From positions 1 to 63,149 of IMG/VR virus record IMGVR_UViG_3300031965_000025: a DNA stretch of 63,149 nt; one strand, 5' to 3'. This DNA comes from a virus (lineage: Duplodnaviria; Caudoviricetes). Shown here piece after piece: positions 8,533-18,345 of this stretch (positions are counted from its first letter, which is position 1; each line of letters starts with the position of its first letter). The notes under the pieces were generated by a model. It saw nothing but the letters and a program-made list of their open reading frames with translations, did no database searches and was not told the DNA's origin. Position numbers and translations under genes: made by a program.

Positions 8533-8859
8533 ACTGAACACCGCGCCTATTTCGATAGGCCCTGAGAACGATTCTACGGGCCGCTCGCGCTTGTTGGAAC
8601 CAACATAAGCGCTCGTATTGGGGCATGGCGATCTTCGCCTCTCCGCCGGTCGCCATCGGAGCCCCGCATTCTGTGCGGGTTTGCGAGATCGGGTATAGGC
8701 GCTCCCCCGCATTCGACTTTGGGCGACCTCGGAAAGTGGCGTGGTTACTGGCGCGGCGCCCTGTCAAATCCGAGGTACTGCGTTTGCGTGGCTTTCTATG
8801 CGGGGCTCAGGTTGCTCGGCCAACTATTTTTTCCACTGAACACGTGTGCACCACTGAAC
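8533..8859. repeat. ~330-bp non-coding inverted repeat, copy A
   Basis: Reverse complement of 42886-43212, about 12 mismatches by manual alignment. Confidence 0.95.
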
Positions 8860-9017
8860 GGCAAAGGCGGGCGGTGACTCGCCTTCCGCACCCCTTTCGG
8901 GGCTGACGCCTAACCGAGATTTCGTGCGTCAATTATCGGAACTGAACCCGGTCCATCGCTGCGCCTCAGCCGCGACCACTTCACCAGGGGCACCGCCCGC
9001 CCGACACGACCGTAGCA

Positions 9018-9881
9018 TCAGAACCAGTCTTGTTGCCAGATGGCGCCGCGGAACTGCCAGGGCTTCGAGTCTTTCACCTGCGAGATCGTGTAGAGCTTGA
9101 GCAGCTCGGAGCCGAACGTCGTGACCCCCGCCACGAGATGAGCGGTGTATTGGAAGTGCCACCACTCGGCGCAGCCGTAGATTTTCGGGTAGCCTGCGCG
9201 CTGGCCAATGCGCGCGAAGCCGTGCTTTTCCATCAGCGCGGTGAAGTCGATGAAGTGACCTTTGACCTTCTTCGTCTTCTGCGTCTTGTGAACGCAGCCG
9301 TCGAGCGTCATGGGCATGCCCTTGTCGTCAGCGCAGCGAGCAAACACACGCCAGTGTCGCGTACCATCACGCACGATGACGTAGGGGTCGGTTTCGGGGT
9401 CGACCATGCCGGAGTACACGAACAGATCGTGAGCGAGGCCCACGTAGTGCAGGCTCTTGGTCGATTGCGCCTTTCCGCCGCCCGAACTCAGCACCCGCTT
9501 TCCGCCCGAGCTGGTGACGACAGCGCCCTCTTCGTGCGCTTCGTCGCGCATTGCGGTGAAGTGCTTCGCCACGTCTTCGCGCAGCGAGGTGCGGTCGTAG
9601 CCTTCGCCGTGCTTGTCGCAATCGATCTGTGCCCAGCCGAGCCGGCCGCCGACACGATGGACCTCTACAGGCTCCGGCGCGATTCCGAGCGCCGCCCACG
9701 TCACCGAGCCCACGATGCCGTCAACGAGGATGTCTGCGCCTTCCTGAAACTCGAGCACGGCGGCGAGCGTCTTTGCGCCGAAGTGCCCGTCAACGAGCAA
9801 CGGTTGCGAGCGGTGCCCGTTGAGCAGAAGTTGCAGGCGCTCGACTTCGGGGCCTTTGTCGCCTTGTTCGAGTCGTTTCAC
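9018..9881 (-). CDS. Endolysin: PG-binding domain plus M15-family Zn peptidase
   Basis: LEQGDKGPEVERLQLLL..DGHFGAKT..DGIVGSVTW; SLHYVGLAHD and EWWHF. Confidence 0.88.
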   Translation of the reverse strand: MKRLEQGDKGPEVERLQLLLNGHRSQPLLVDGHFGAKTLAAVLEFQEGADILVDGIVGSVTWAALGIAPEPVEVHRVGGRLGWAQIDCDKHGEGYDRTSLREDVAKHFTAMRDEAHEEGAVVTSSGGKRVLSSGGGKAQSTKSLHYVGLAHDLFVYSGMVDPETDPYVIVRDGTRHWRVFARCADDKGMPMTLDGCVHKTQKTKKVKGHFIDFTALMEKHGFARIGQRAGYPKIYGCAEWWHFQYTAHLVAGVTTFGSELLKLYTISQVKDSKPWQFRGAIWQQDWF

Positions 9882-10765
9882 AGAAACCCTCCACGCCGCT
9901 TAGGCGTTGCTTTCAGGCTTTGATTGTAGCGCCTCAACCACTTCGTGAGAGCGTCGCGTCGCTTTGCTGGCGTTGGTGGCGTTCCCGCGCCGATAGCCTT
10001 ACACGCGTTAGACTGCACCGTCGCCGAAGTCGAGGCGAGCGCAGCCAGCACGATCTCCGCGAGCTGCTCGGCCGAGGGCTCGGGCTGGCGCGTCGGTTTC
10101 GCAACGGGAGCGGCGAGCGGCTCGGTTTTTGGTGGCGGTGCGGGGCATACGCAACGGTGCCTTTGAAGCGCAACCAGATACCGGCGCCAGTCCGAAACCT
10201 CGGATCGAGCTACGTCCGCCACCTGCGACAGTTCGGCCAGGCGCGGGCTCTTGGGCTCCTCGGGTCGACACGTCGCGCACGTCTCAATCTTCGCCGCTTG
10301 CGCTCTGAGGCTCGCAATCAACTCCCGGTGCGCCTCGGGGTCGTGCGCAAGCGTGACTTGCCAGTGGCCCAGAATCTCCACGCGTTGCGGCCCTGTTGGC
10401 CACTGCTCGGGCCGGGGCGTGACGTGGACTTCCCACCGGGCGCCCGTTTGGCCAATGCGAAACTCGCGCCCGGCGTGAACCAACGCAGTGACGGCTGCCT
10501 CTACGGGTTGCGCGGCCCCCCAGACGCGCTCAAGGCGCGGATCTGCGGCGTCGAGGTCGTGGTACTCGGTGTCGATCGTCGACCACGGCTCGGGTTCCTC
10601 GGTGCGCCACACGCGCCAGACGCCAGAGGAGTAGTTCAGCGCTTCCGCCTCGCCTTCCGGCAGCACTTCCACGGGACTATCGCCATCGTCGTATGTAGCC
10701 TCGCCCACAGGCGAGAGCGGCCGCTTTGGGAGAGGGTGCTCAACCTTCTGAATCTTGAAGATCAT
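9878..10765 (-). CDS. Hypothetical late protein
   Basis: Translationally coupled to both neighbours. Confidence 0.65.
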   Translation of the reverse strand: MIFKIQKVEHPLPKRPLSPVGEATYDDGDSPVEVLPEGEAEALNYSSGVWRVWRTEEPEPWSTIDTEYHDLDAADPRLERVWGAAQPVEAAVTALVHAGREFRIGQTGARWEVHVTPRPEQWPTGPQRVEILGHWQVTLAHDPEAHRELIASLRAQAAKIETCATCRPEEPKSPRLAELSQVADVARSEVSDWRRYLVALQRHRCVCPAPPPKTEPLAAPVAKPTRQPEPSAEQLAEIVLAALASTSATVQSNACKAIGAGTPPTPAKRRDALTKWLRRYNQSLKATPKRRGGFL

Positions 10766-12789
10766 AGCCCGTACTCCGCCGCGATCGCCGCCGAATGGGC
10801 CGCGATGTCGCCGTCTGAAAGTGCCGTGTTCCAACGATACATGCACTTGATCGCGCCCTGCCAATCGGTACCGGTGCTGACAATGCCGCCACCCACGCCG
10901 ATCATGCGGCTACGCGTGTCCGATGTTGCTCCCGCCGAGGAGCCGAGCACAAGCGTTTGACAAACTTGTGCGCCGTCAACCCACAGACTGGCTTCGCGGT
11001 TAGCCCAATCCCACCGCGCGAAAAGCACGCAGAACCCAGCGGGCAAGGGTGAGCCCGTGGCCGTGGCGAACACCGTTACATCGGCGTCAAGGCGTCGGCC
11101 GCTGATTCGGATCTGGTCCGACGACATCATCACGCTTGCGCGAGGGTTGGGCGCTGCGCTTGTCGCCGTACCCGTGTGCGCCAGAAACATGTTGTCGGTC
11201 GGTGTGCCGGTGGTGGCTTGATCGTTCCGCACGACCCACGCGAAGGTATGGCCCTCGACGTTCTGCAAGATGTCATCGCCGAGGTAGAGCCATGCGTTTT
11301 GCGCGTCAAGAAATTCAACGGCGTTGTCGGCCTCAACATACTTCGGGTGTGTGGTCGAGGTGCCGATCGACCTCGTCCGCACCATCGAGTGACGGCTTCC
11401 GTGTGGGCGCCACTGCTGCACCTGCGCCTGATCGGCGACTTTGGCTCCGGTAGCGCCCCTCATCCCCGAGCCGACCCATGCCTCCGCTTGCCCGAGCGCG
11501 AGCGGAACGTCGGAGAGATCTGGCGGCGGCGGGTCTACGTGTTGCGTGATGCGCGCGAACATGCCATCTAGCCGGTCTGCCGTCAGGTAGATGTCGCCGT
11601 CGTATCCGATGTCCAGCCGATTCCACCCGTTGCGGTTCGAGACGTTCTCGACGATTCCGATCGCGCCTGGCATCGGCAGGCTGCCGTTTGACACCCAGAC
11701 AACGTTCCCGTCTGGGTGAATACGAAACAGCACGATGTCGTGAGCACCTCCGCCGCGGCCGACGAGAACGTACAGCTCCCCGAATCGATCGCAGCGCATG
11801 GCACAAACACGTCCTACCGCCGTGGCCAGATTCCCGGCCGCTTGCAGGTTGATCTGCCACAACTCCAGCCCCGTCGCCATGTCGATGCAATATATGACAC
11901 CGGCGCCCGTGAAGGTGCCAGCTGGATACCAGTAGACCCGCCCCCCGTCAGGCGAGACGACCGTGTAGCCGTCCCCGCTGGCAAGTGTTACGCCCGGCGT
12001 GTATTTCCACAAATAGGCGGGGTCGGCTCCGTCGCCGACGTCTCGATCGTAGGCGTACAGGCTGTCGTGGGCTTCGTCGTGGCGCACGAACGGGCCGCCC
12101 TCGCCGCTCGGATCGACGCCAACCTGCTGTATGTCTCCGGGCGCGAGTGTTAGGCCGTCTTGGACAACGTTGGTGATCCATTCGTGTGGATCTAGGTCCG
12201 CAAAGTCTTTCGCGAACTTTGCCACACGCCGATTTGCAACCCCGCTACCGCCAATGGTCTGATAGATGCCAAAGGGCGAGAGCGCGAGCGCATGATTGCT
12301 GGAACCCGCTCCAGCAAAATCGGCCGTCCGACGAACGGTGTCGCCCGTGGCGGCATCGATGTGTACTACGCGCACGCTTGTGGTGCTCGGGATTGCGCCC
12401 TGATACCAGGCGTAGACACCCGACGCGTCGGCGTCGGAGGACATGAACCCATCATTGGCGTTCGGGCTCGACAAGATCGTCCACGTCCATTCGAGCGCGC
12501 CGTCAGCGTCCACACGAAACGCGGCGCCTGTGTTTAGGGCGGCTGGGTTGCCATACAGCACAATGCAACCGCCCGATACGTCGTCGGGATCGACACGCGA
12601 AGCGGCGTGGATCCCTGCGATGCGCGTGGCCTTGAGCGAGACTTGCCACTCTAGTTGGAGGATTACGCCGAACTCGGTGGGTTCGGGTTCGGGTTCGGGC
12701 TCGTCTTCAGCCGACAGGTTTGGCGGATAGATGAACGCCGCGTTGCGCAAAGCCCCCTCACGCTGCGCGCTGATGTTGCGGAACGTCAT
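10762..12789 (-). CDS. Putative receptor-binding protein: beta-propeller plus C-terminal LamG/ConA-like domain
   Basis: PQQ-like repeats (IYCIDMATGLELWQ); SLWVDG...WQGAIKCMYRWNTALSDGDI. Confidence 0.65.
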   Translation of the reverse strand: MTFRNISAQREGALRNAAFIYPPNLSAEDEPEPEPEPTEFGVILQLEWQVSLKATRIAGIHAASRVDPDDVSGGCIVLYGNPAALNTGAAFRVDADGALEWTWTILSSPNANDGFMSSDADASGVYAWYQGAIPSTTSVRVVHIDAATGDTVRRTADFAGAGSSNHALALSPFGIYQTIGGSGVANRRVAKFAKDFADLDPHEWITNVVQDGLTLAPGDIQQVGVDPSGEGGPFVRHDEAHDSLYAYDRDVGDGADPAYLWKYTPGVTLASGDGYTVVSPDGGRVYWYPAGTFTGAGVIYCIDMATGLELWQINLQAAGNLATAVGRVCAMRCDRFGELYVLVGRGGGAHDIVLFRIHPDGNVVWVSNGSLPMPGAIGIVENVSNRNGWNRLDIGYDGDIYLTADRLDGMFARITQHVDPPPPDLSDVPLALGQAEAWVGSGMRGATGAKVADQAQVQQWRPHGSRHSMVRTRSIGTSTTHPKYVEADNAVEFLDAQNAWLYLGDDILQNVEGHTFAWVVRNDQATTGTPTDNMFLAHTGTATSAAPNPRASVMMSSDQIRISGRRLDADVTVFATATGSPLPAGFCVLFARWDWANREASLWVDGAQVCQTLVLGSSAGATSDTRSRMIGVGGGIVSTGTDWQGAIKCMYRWNTALSDGDIAAHSAAIAAEYGL

Positions 12790-12790
12790 T

Positions 12791-13852
12791 TCAAGAGGCG
12801 TCTTCCTGAATCGCGTAGCCCAGGTAGGCGCGTGCAACGATGCCGTCGGCGCTGGCGATCTCGATGTCGGCGCGCGTGCAGCCCGCGGTGGAAATGCGCT
12901 CGTCAAACCCTCGGAAGTCGAGCGCCGTAAACCGCAGCTCGTTCGGGCAGCGCCAGCCCGAGGGAGGGTTCTTGCCCCGAGCAGTCACGTGCATGAAGAG
13001 GTCGCACGTCGTCGCGTCTTTGTCGTACTCCAGTGCGCCCGTGCCGTCTGCGGCTACCGCGATCGTCGGCACCGTAGTTTGCCCCGCCAGCTCGGGAAGC
13101 TTCACGTACTTTTCCCGTGTCGACAGCGCGCCCCATACGTCTGATTGATCGAGGGCATGGCGCACGGAGATCACGAGGGTGAAAACGGTTGCGCCTCGAA
13201 ACGTGCGGCTCTCGACCGTCGCCGTCACCTGGCGCCGCGTCGTGACGGTGTAGGCAACCCCTGCCTCGGCAACCACGGCATCGCTCGGAATGCACGTAAA
13301 GATCGTGGCGGTCGGCGCCGTACTGGCGTGCGCGGTAAAGATCGCACCGTCGTTCAGCCCCGCAGCGTTCGCCAAGATGATCTGCGAGCCCTCGCTCACG
13401 ACGGGCGCGGCGGTGAAGTCGCCAGCCGATCGCGTCACGGTATCGGGGTTCGCATCGACCATCGTCAGCGTCAACGAGCCGAGCGATACCCCGTCGTTGA
13501 TGACGTCGCTCAGGCCGGTGAGGATCGCCTCCTCGTCATCGCCTGCGCCCGCTGCGTAGTCGTGGGCGAGCCCGTCGATCGTGACGGTGTAGGTGGCCGC
13601 AACGTCGACCGTCGTCACGCGGACCCTGAAGCCGTACCTGGCTTCGTCTTCGCGCAGGTCGACGACCACCCGCGTCTTGGGGCTGTTGTCGAGCAGGTGC
13701 CCCGAGTTTGCCGAGGTGGGCGCACCCTTGAGCGAGACTGGCGCCGCGAGCGCACCGTCATCGAGCAGCTCCACCGCAACCCATTCGGGGCGTCGCGCGA
13801 TGATGAGCTGCCCGAGCAGGTTCGCGGTTTCAAACAGGGCCTTGTCGCTCAT
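12791..13852 (-). CDS. Virion structural protein
   Basis: Beta-rich, Thr/Ala-rich, in the tail operon. Confidence 0.65.
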   Translation of the reverse strand: MSDKALFETANLLGQLIIARRPEWVAVELLDDGALAAPVSLKGAPTSANSGHLLDNSPKTRVVVDLREDEARYGFRVRVTTVDVAATYTVTIDGLAHDYAAGAGDDEEAILTGLSDVINDGVSLGSLTLTMVDANPDTVTRSAGDFTAAPVVSEGSQIILANAAGLNDGAIFTAHASTAPTATIFTCIPSDAVVAEAGVAYTVTTRRQVTATVESRTFRGATVFTLVISVRHALDQSDVWGALSTREKYVKLPELAGQTTVPTIAVAADGTGALEYDKDATTCDLFMHVTARGKNPPSGWRCPNELRFTALDFRGFDERISTAGCTRADIEIASADGIVARAYLGYAIQEDAS

Positions 13853-13853
13853 T

Positions 13854-15146
13854 TCATTCTCCCGGCACAAATCTACGGCGAAACCAGTGGAAATTTGCTG
13901 GGTTGTCGCCGGTGTATCGCCAGACGCCCGGCTGTCGCCCCGTCGCCACCTGTTTCAGTGGGTCGTTGGGCGGGTCGTTTACTAGCGAGTAGACGTATTG
14001 CCCCGATGTCACACACACCGAGGAGTCGAAGTCGCCCTTCGGTCCGAAGACGGTATCTCGGAGACCGGCACTGTAGGGGTATGATCGGAGCGTCGAGGTG
14101 GACGATACCCAGACGTATCGGTCGTCGACGGAGATGGCCGTTCCGCCCGATGCCACGAACGAGGCCGCCGATGCCGCGAGCCGGCCCACGTGCGAGTCGC
14201 TGAGCGAGAACTCGTGAAGGTTCGTCGTGTCGAGCACGAACAGCCGATCGGGCCCGAGGGCGATGCAACGCGCGGTGATCGCGGCAATCGTGACTTCCGT
14301 CGCTTTGGCGCCTGACGACGCGAGGATGCTGATGAGGTGCTCGCCCGTTGTGCCGGCCACACCACCCGCATAGACCCATGTGCCATCGGAGACGATGGCG
14401 TGCAGCGAGCCTGCGCCGTGGGCCACGTCGAGATCCCATGCCCACGAACCGTCGGCGAGGTTGTATGCCTGCACCTCGCGAGCGTCTACGCCGTCGGGCG
14501 TCGATGTGCCCGCCGCGCCGCACGCGTACACCCTCGTATTGTCGATGGCGAGCGCGGTTGTCGTGGCGTTTCTGTCGAAGCTGAAGTCAAGCGTGCCGTC
14601 GTACTCGTAGACGTCGACCTCGCCTGTGGATCGCGACACAGCGATCCGCGTGCCGTTTGCGACAACCGCGCTGAATGTCGCGAAGTCGCCGACATCGAAA
14701 CTGGTCGTCGCCTGCGTGAAGCTCGGGTCGTGCAGCCAGACCTTTGCCTCGACTCCCGCACCGTCGCCTTGCTCCAGCGCGATCAGAAACACCCCGTCGT
14801 GGTCGATCGCAACGATGCCCTCGCCAACGGGGATCGATACGATGGAGGCGGCTGAGCCAGGAGCCGTCAGGCCGCCCAGGCCGGTGAGGAGGGTATCGTT
14901 CGCGGTGACGGGGAAGTCGCCGCCAAGCGCCGACTGCGCCGCAGAGTAGTAGCCCGAGCTTCGAGACATCCACGAGAACCACAGCCCCACCGCCCGCCAG
15001 AACTTGTTGATGATAGACGACGGGGGCTTTGCGCGAACGCCCCAGCCCGCGTTCCGAATGACGTCGATCTCAGCTTCCGTGGCAACGCGGCCCGCCGCCG
15101 CCGAACTGGCCCAATCTACGCTGTCTGTCGTCGGTTTTATTGCCAC
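13854..15146 (-). CDS. Tail fibre/baseplate-attached beta-propeller protein
   Basis: N-terminal GW...KPPSSIINKFW anchor motif; follows the gpI-like gene; GTG start with GGAGG SD. Confidence 0.65.
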   Translation of the reverse strand: MAIKPTTDSVDWASSAAAGRVATEAEIDVIRNAGWGVRAKPPSSIINKFWRAVGLWFSWMSRSSGYYSAAQSALGGDFPVTANDTLLTGLGGLTAPGSAASIVSIPVGEGIVAIDHDGVFLIALEQGDGAGVEAKVWLHDPSFTQATTSFDVGDFATFSAVVANGTRIAVSRSTGEVDVYEYDGTLDFSFDRNATTTALAIDNTRVYACGAAGTSTPDGVDAREVQAYNLADGSWAWDLDVAHGAGSLHAIVSDGTWVYAGGVAGTTGEHLISILASSGAKATEVTIAAITARCIALGPDRLFVLDTTNLHEFSLSDSHVGRLAASAASFVASGGTAISVDDRYVWVSSTSTLRSYPYSAGLRDTVFGPKGDFDSSVCVTSGQYVYSLVNDPPNDPLKQVATGRQPGVWRYTGDNPANFHWFRRRFVPGE

Positions 15147-15235
15147 CTTGAGACCTCCCTGAACTCCAAGAACCACCAGGCCGACGAGCACACCGGCTAG
15201 AATTGATGGCCAGTGCGGCCGCCGATTGATGACCA

Positions 15236-15802
15236 TCAGATTATCTCCGACCACTCGCCTTCGTCATACCCCGGCGCGTCGTCGTACTCAATCGAGGCGC
15301 CCACGATGCTCTCGACGAGCAGCATACCAACCCCGGCTTTTTTCGCATCTTGCATCACGAGGCGCACCCGCGTTCGGTACTCGTCGCGCATCGCAGCCTC
15401 CCGCTGCGTTTCGAGCACGAAGCCCGCCGGGTAGCTCTCCCACAACCTCACTTGCAGGCTTTCGGTGATCGCCTCGAACAAGGCGATCAGCTCGGGTGGC
15501 GAGCCCTGCGACTGGCGCGCGGCGATGCGCCCCAAAATGATGAGGCGATACTCGTCGTCGAAGAGGGCGCCGCGCGCTTCGCCGACAAGCTCACCCCAGA
15601 ACTCAAGCTCCTCGCCCGTCGCGAAGTGCAACCCCGTCGAGACGATGAGGTTGACCACCATCTCTTCGAAAATCTGGAACGCCCGACAGCACGCTACGAA
15701 GAATGCGCGCATTACGGGGTCGTGCCGGAACTGCGAATAGAAATCGCGCAGCGCAAGAGCTTCGTGGTCTGGCTCGAGCGTGATGAGGTCGACGCTACTC
15801 AC
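15236..15802 (-). CDS. Baseplate wedge protein (DUF2612/gpI-like)
   Basis: ATGEELEFWGELVGEARG...DDEYRLIILGRI; directly after baseplate J. Confidence 0.75.
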   Translation of the reverse strand: MSSVDLITLEPDHEALALRDFYSQFRHDPVMRAFFVACCRAFQIFEEMVVNLIVSTGLHFATGEELEFWGELVGEARGALFDDEYRLIILGRIAARQSQGSPPELIALFEAITESLQVRLWESYPAGFVLETQREAAMRDEYRTRVRLVMQDAKKAGVGMLLVESIVGASIEYDDAPGYDEGEWSEII

Positions 15803-15904
15803 GCCGCCTCGTCGAAGCATTGGCACCCAGACGGCCGACGAAGACTACCGACGCCACCTTGATACCCGTTTCGCTTTCGATGGCTCTGCGTGGCGCTCAT
15901 GGCC

Positions 15905-17095
15905 TCACACGATAGTAACGGTCGGCGTGCCGTTCAGGGTTGCGAGCTGGGTTGCTGTGATGGTGACGTCGGCCGCGGCGCCGTTGAACTTCACGACCAG
16001 GCTCTTGATGCCTGGCACGTTTTGCTTTGCGCGGTGGGCTACGTCGAGCATCAGTAGATCGTCGCCAGGCACGAGGTCGGAGAAGTAGTCTGCGCCGAGT
16101 TCTTGAAGGGCCGTTTCGACGTCAGCGAGCGCGAACCCTTCGAAGAGCCCGACGTCGAACGCGAGGGTGTAGGCCACCGTCGTTGCGTAGTTCCAACGGA
16201 CGGTGATGACCACGTCAGCCACCGTGATCTCGGCCTCTTCTGTGCCGAGCATTTTGATTCCTGTCGCCTTCGCGTCGAACAAGACCGAGGCCAGCTCCTC
16301 TTGCTCCTCGGTCGTGATGGTGTCTGGGTGCACGAACACCGCGACCGAATGCGCCTCCATCACGTAGCCCGAGATCGTGGCCTCAGAGCCAGAGTCGTTT
16401 TCGAGCACCGAGCAGGTTTCGATGCTCGCCAGCTCGCGCACGCGCTCTCGGAGCGACTTCGGGCCACCACGCCCGGCGCGGTACGGGGCCTCCGGTATGC
16501 GACGTCTCAGGCTCGCGTGCGACTCGTCGTCTTTACCGAGCACGGCCGCGGCGGCGTTCGTGCACGACGCGAGGCCCTCGACAGGGGAAAGGATCTTGGT
16601 GATCTCGCCGATGGCCGCAGCGACCGCGCCCTCGTCGACAGCCTCAGCCGCGACGACGACGTTACCGCCCGTGGCTGGCACGAACACGGCTTCAAGCGTC
16701 CGCCACCTGGCCCGCCCGTCTTCGCCGCCGCCCGAGAACAGCGACGCCTCTTCGATGAACACGGGTGCCGCGATCGCAGCCGTTGACGTCAGCGTGAGGT
16801 TGACCTCCGAGCGGGTGGCGCCTTCGCGCTCTGTGAGGCTGAGTTGAGCCAGGTCGTCGAGCTGCGCGCCCGTCGCGTTGTTGACGGAGCGACTGTCGCG
16901 CAGCGCAGCCACCGTTTCGGAGAGGCTGCCGAGACGTCTGGCAATGACGAGCGACCAGGGGCCAAGCACAGTCTGTCGCGACCAGTCGACTTCAACGCCC
17001 ACCTCGGCCTCGAATTCGTCGCGAATGATCTCGAGCCAGTCGGCCGATCGCGGGGTCACGAAGCCCGCCGTTGTGAGCCCGAAGTCAATCGCCAT
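15905..17095 (-). CDS. Baseplate J/gp47 family protein
   Basis: GLTTAGF...ATGAQLDDLA...GKDDESHASLRRR. Confidence 0.9.
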   Translation of the reverse strand: MAIDFGLTTAGFVTPRSADWLEIIRDEFEAEVGVEVDWSRQTVLGPWSLVIARRLGSLSETVAALRDSRSVNNATGAQLDDLAQLSLTEREGATRSEVNLTLTSTAAIAAPVFIEEASLFSGGGEDGRARWRTLEAVFVPATGGNVVVAAEAVDEGAVAAAIGEITKILSPVEGLASCTNAAAAVLGKDDESHASLRRRIPEAPYRAGRGGPKSLRERVRELASIETCSVLENDSGSEATISGYVMEAHSVAVFVHPDTITTEEQEELASVLFDAKATGIKMLGTEEAEITVADVVITVRWNYATTVAYTLAFDVGLFEGFALADVETALQELGADYFSDLVPGDDLLMLDVAHRAKQNVPGIKSLVVKFNGAAADVTITATQLATLNGTPTVTIV

Positions 17096-17264
17096 GCTTG
17101 AGCCCCATTGCTACTGCGCGCGCGACACGCTGTGCGGCCTGATAGACGTCATTTGGAATGCGCACCGACCGCACGTGATCTGGGCCGACCTCGAACGTCA
17201 CGACCACTTCGTCGGGCTTGTGAACGATGGGGAAGGCGGTTGCGCGGCGGCCGTGACGGGTCAT
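17085..17264 (-). CDS. Small hypothetical protein
   Basis: ATGA-coupled 59-aa ORF filling the gap. Confidence 0.45.
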   Translation of the reverse strand: MTRHGRRATAFPIVHKPDEVVVTFEVGPDHVRSVRIPNDVYQAAQRVARAVAMGLKHGD

Positions 17265-17671
17265 CCCAGGAACCTCTTGGAGTCGAAGCTCGTGTAAACG
17301 AGCGGAATCATGTTCCCTTGCGGGCCCGCCGCGAACTCGACCTGCACGCCGAACTGCTCGCCGTCGTCGGTAAGGAGCGAGGCCGTCACGAGGATCTCTC
17401 GGCCGACCTGCCTGATCGAGAACTCCGTCACGCTCGAGACGCCCTGCACCTCGGCAAGCTCCGCCCTGATCGTTCCGCCGATGCTCTGCAAGTCGCGCCA
17501 GAGCTGTTCGATCCACGTGGTGAACGCCATTCCCTTCGTTCGATCTGGCAGCCATTCGCCCGCGTGCGTCTTGCACGCGATCTTGACCGACTGCGCGATC
17601 TTGCGAGCACCTCGAAACAATCGAGGGTACAGGGGGCAGGAGCCATCGGCGTTCAGTTCGAGATCGTACAT
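17261..17671 (-). CDS. Baseplate gp25/gpW-like protein
   Basis: IAQSVKIACKTHAGEWLPD..GM; position between spike and J. Confidence 0.75.
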   Translation of the reverse strand: MYDLELNADGSCPLYPRLFRGARKIAQSVKIACKTHAGEWLPDRTKGMAFTTWIEQLWRDLQSIGGTIRAELAEVQGVSSVTEFSIRQVGREILVTASLLTDDGEQFGVQVEFAAGPQGNMIPLVYTSFDSKRFLG

Positions 17672-17685
17672 GATGCCCTAGTATC

Positions 17686-18345
17686 TCACTTCGCCTTGAC
17701 TTTGGTAGCGGCAATCGCCGCGAGCGGAACGGGTATGAGCACTGCGGTTCCTGGCGCAATGCCGTTCACGTACAAGATGATTTTGTTGAGTTCAACAACG
17801 ATGCTGTCAAGGTGGCTCTTGGTCGTCGGCGCCAGTGCTACATCATCGGTCGCCGTGGCGTCGCCTAGCAGCACAGGGTCGCCCGAGAGCACCGGGTTGT
17901 CATCGTGCGTCGAGTCGGCGGGCGGTGCGTCGGCCGCGGCGCGGATCGGGCCGGTGACAACCGCATCGCTCAGATCGAATCGGACGGGGTCGGCCGGTGT
18001 CACGTCATCGCCACCACTCGCGCGCCATTCTGCGAGCGAGCGCTCGGCGCACTCACACCAGACGTAATCACCTTGCTTGTAGGGCAGCACGAGCCCGCCC
18101 GCGTCTGTGAGGTGCTGCACCACGCGAACGCCGTGCACGGGCTTCGGCAGATAGGTGACGTATGCGCGCTCAACGGGATCCCAGCGCCGCCCCCGAAGCA
18201 CCGGCTGGATCGAGGCGGTGAAGCTCGCGCGATCGTACTTGATGATGCGCGCCGGAAAGCTCGTGTGCATTTCGGCCACCACGCCGCGAGCTGCCAAGAT
18301 CGCAACGTCGTCGAAGTCGGGGGCGTCGAAGTCGTCGTCAGCCAC
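17686..18345 (-). CDS. Baseplate spike (gpV/Gp138-like)
   Basis: HTSFPARIIKYD...LPYKQGD....CAERSLAEW...RFDLSDA. Confidence 0.85.
   Translation of the reverse strand: MADDDFDAPDFDDVAILAARGVVAEMHTSFPARIIKYDRASFTASIQPVLRGRRWDPVERAYVTYLPKPVHGVRVVQHLTDAGGLVLPYKQGDYVWCECAERSLAEWRASGGDDVTPADPVRFDLSDAVVTGPIRAAADAPPADSTHDDNPVLSGDPVLLGDATATDDVALAPTTKSHLDSIVVELNKIILYVNGIAPGTAVLIPVPLAAIAATKVKAK

Noticed and set aside
8461-8906. ORFs inside the inverted repeat (and 42809-43391)
   Set aside because: No SD or domain motifs, different ends in the two copies, and they overlap operators and hairpins; treated as non-coding.
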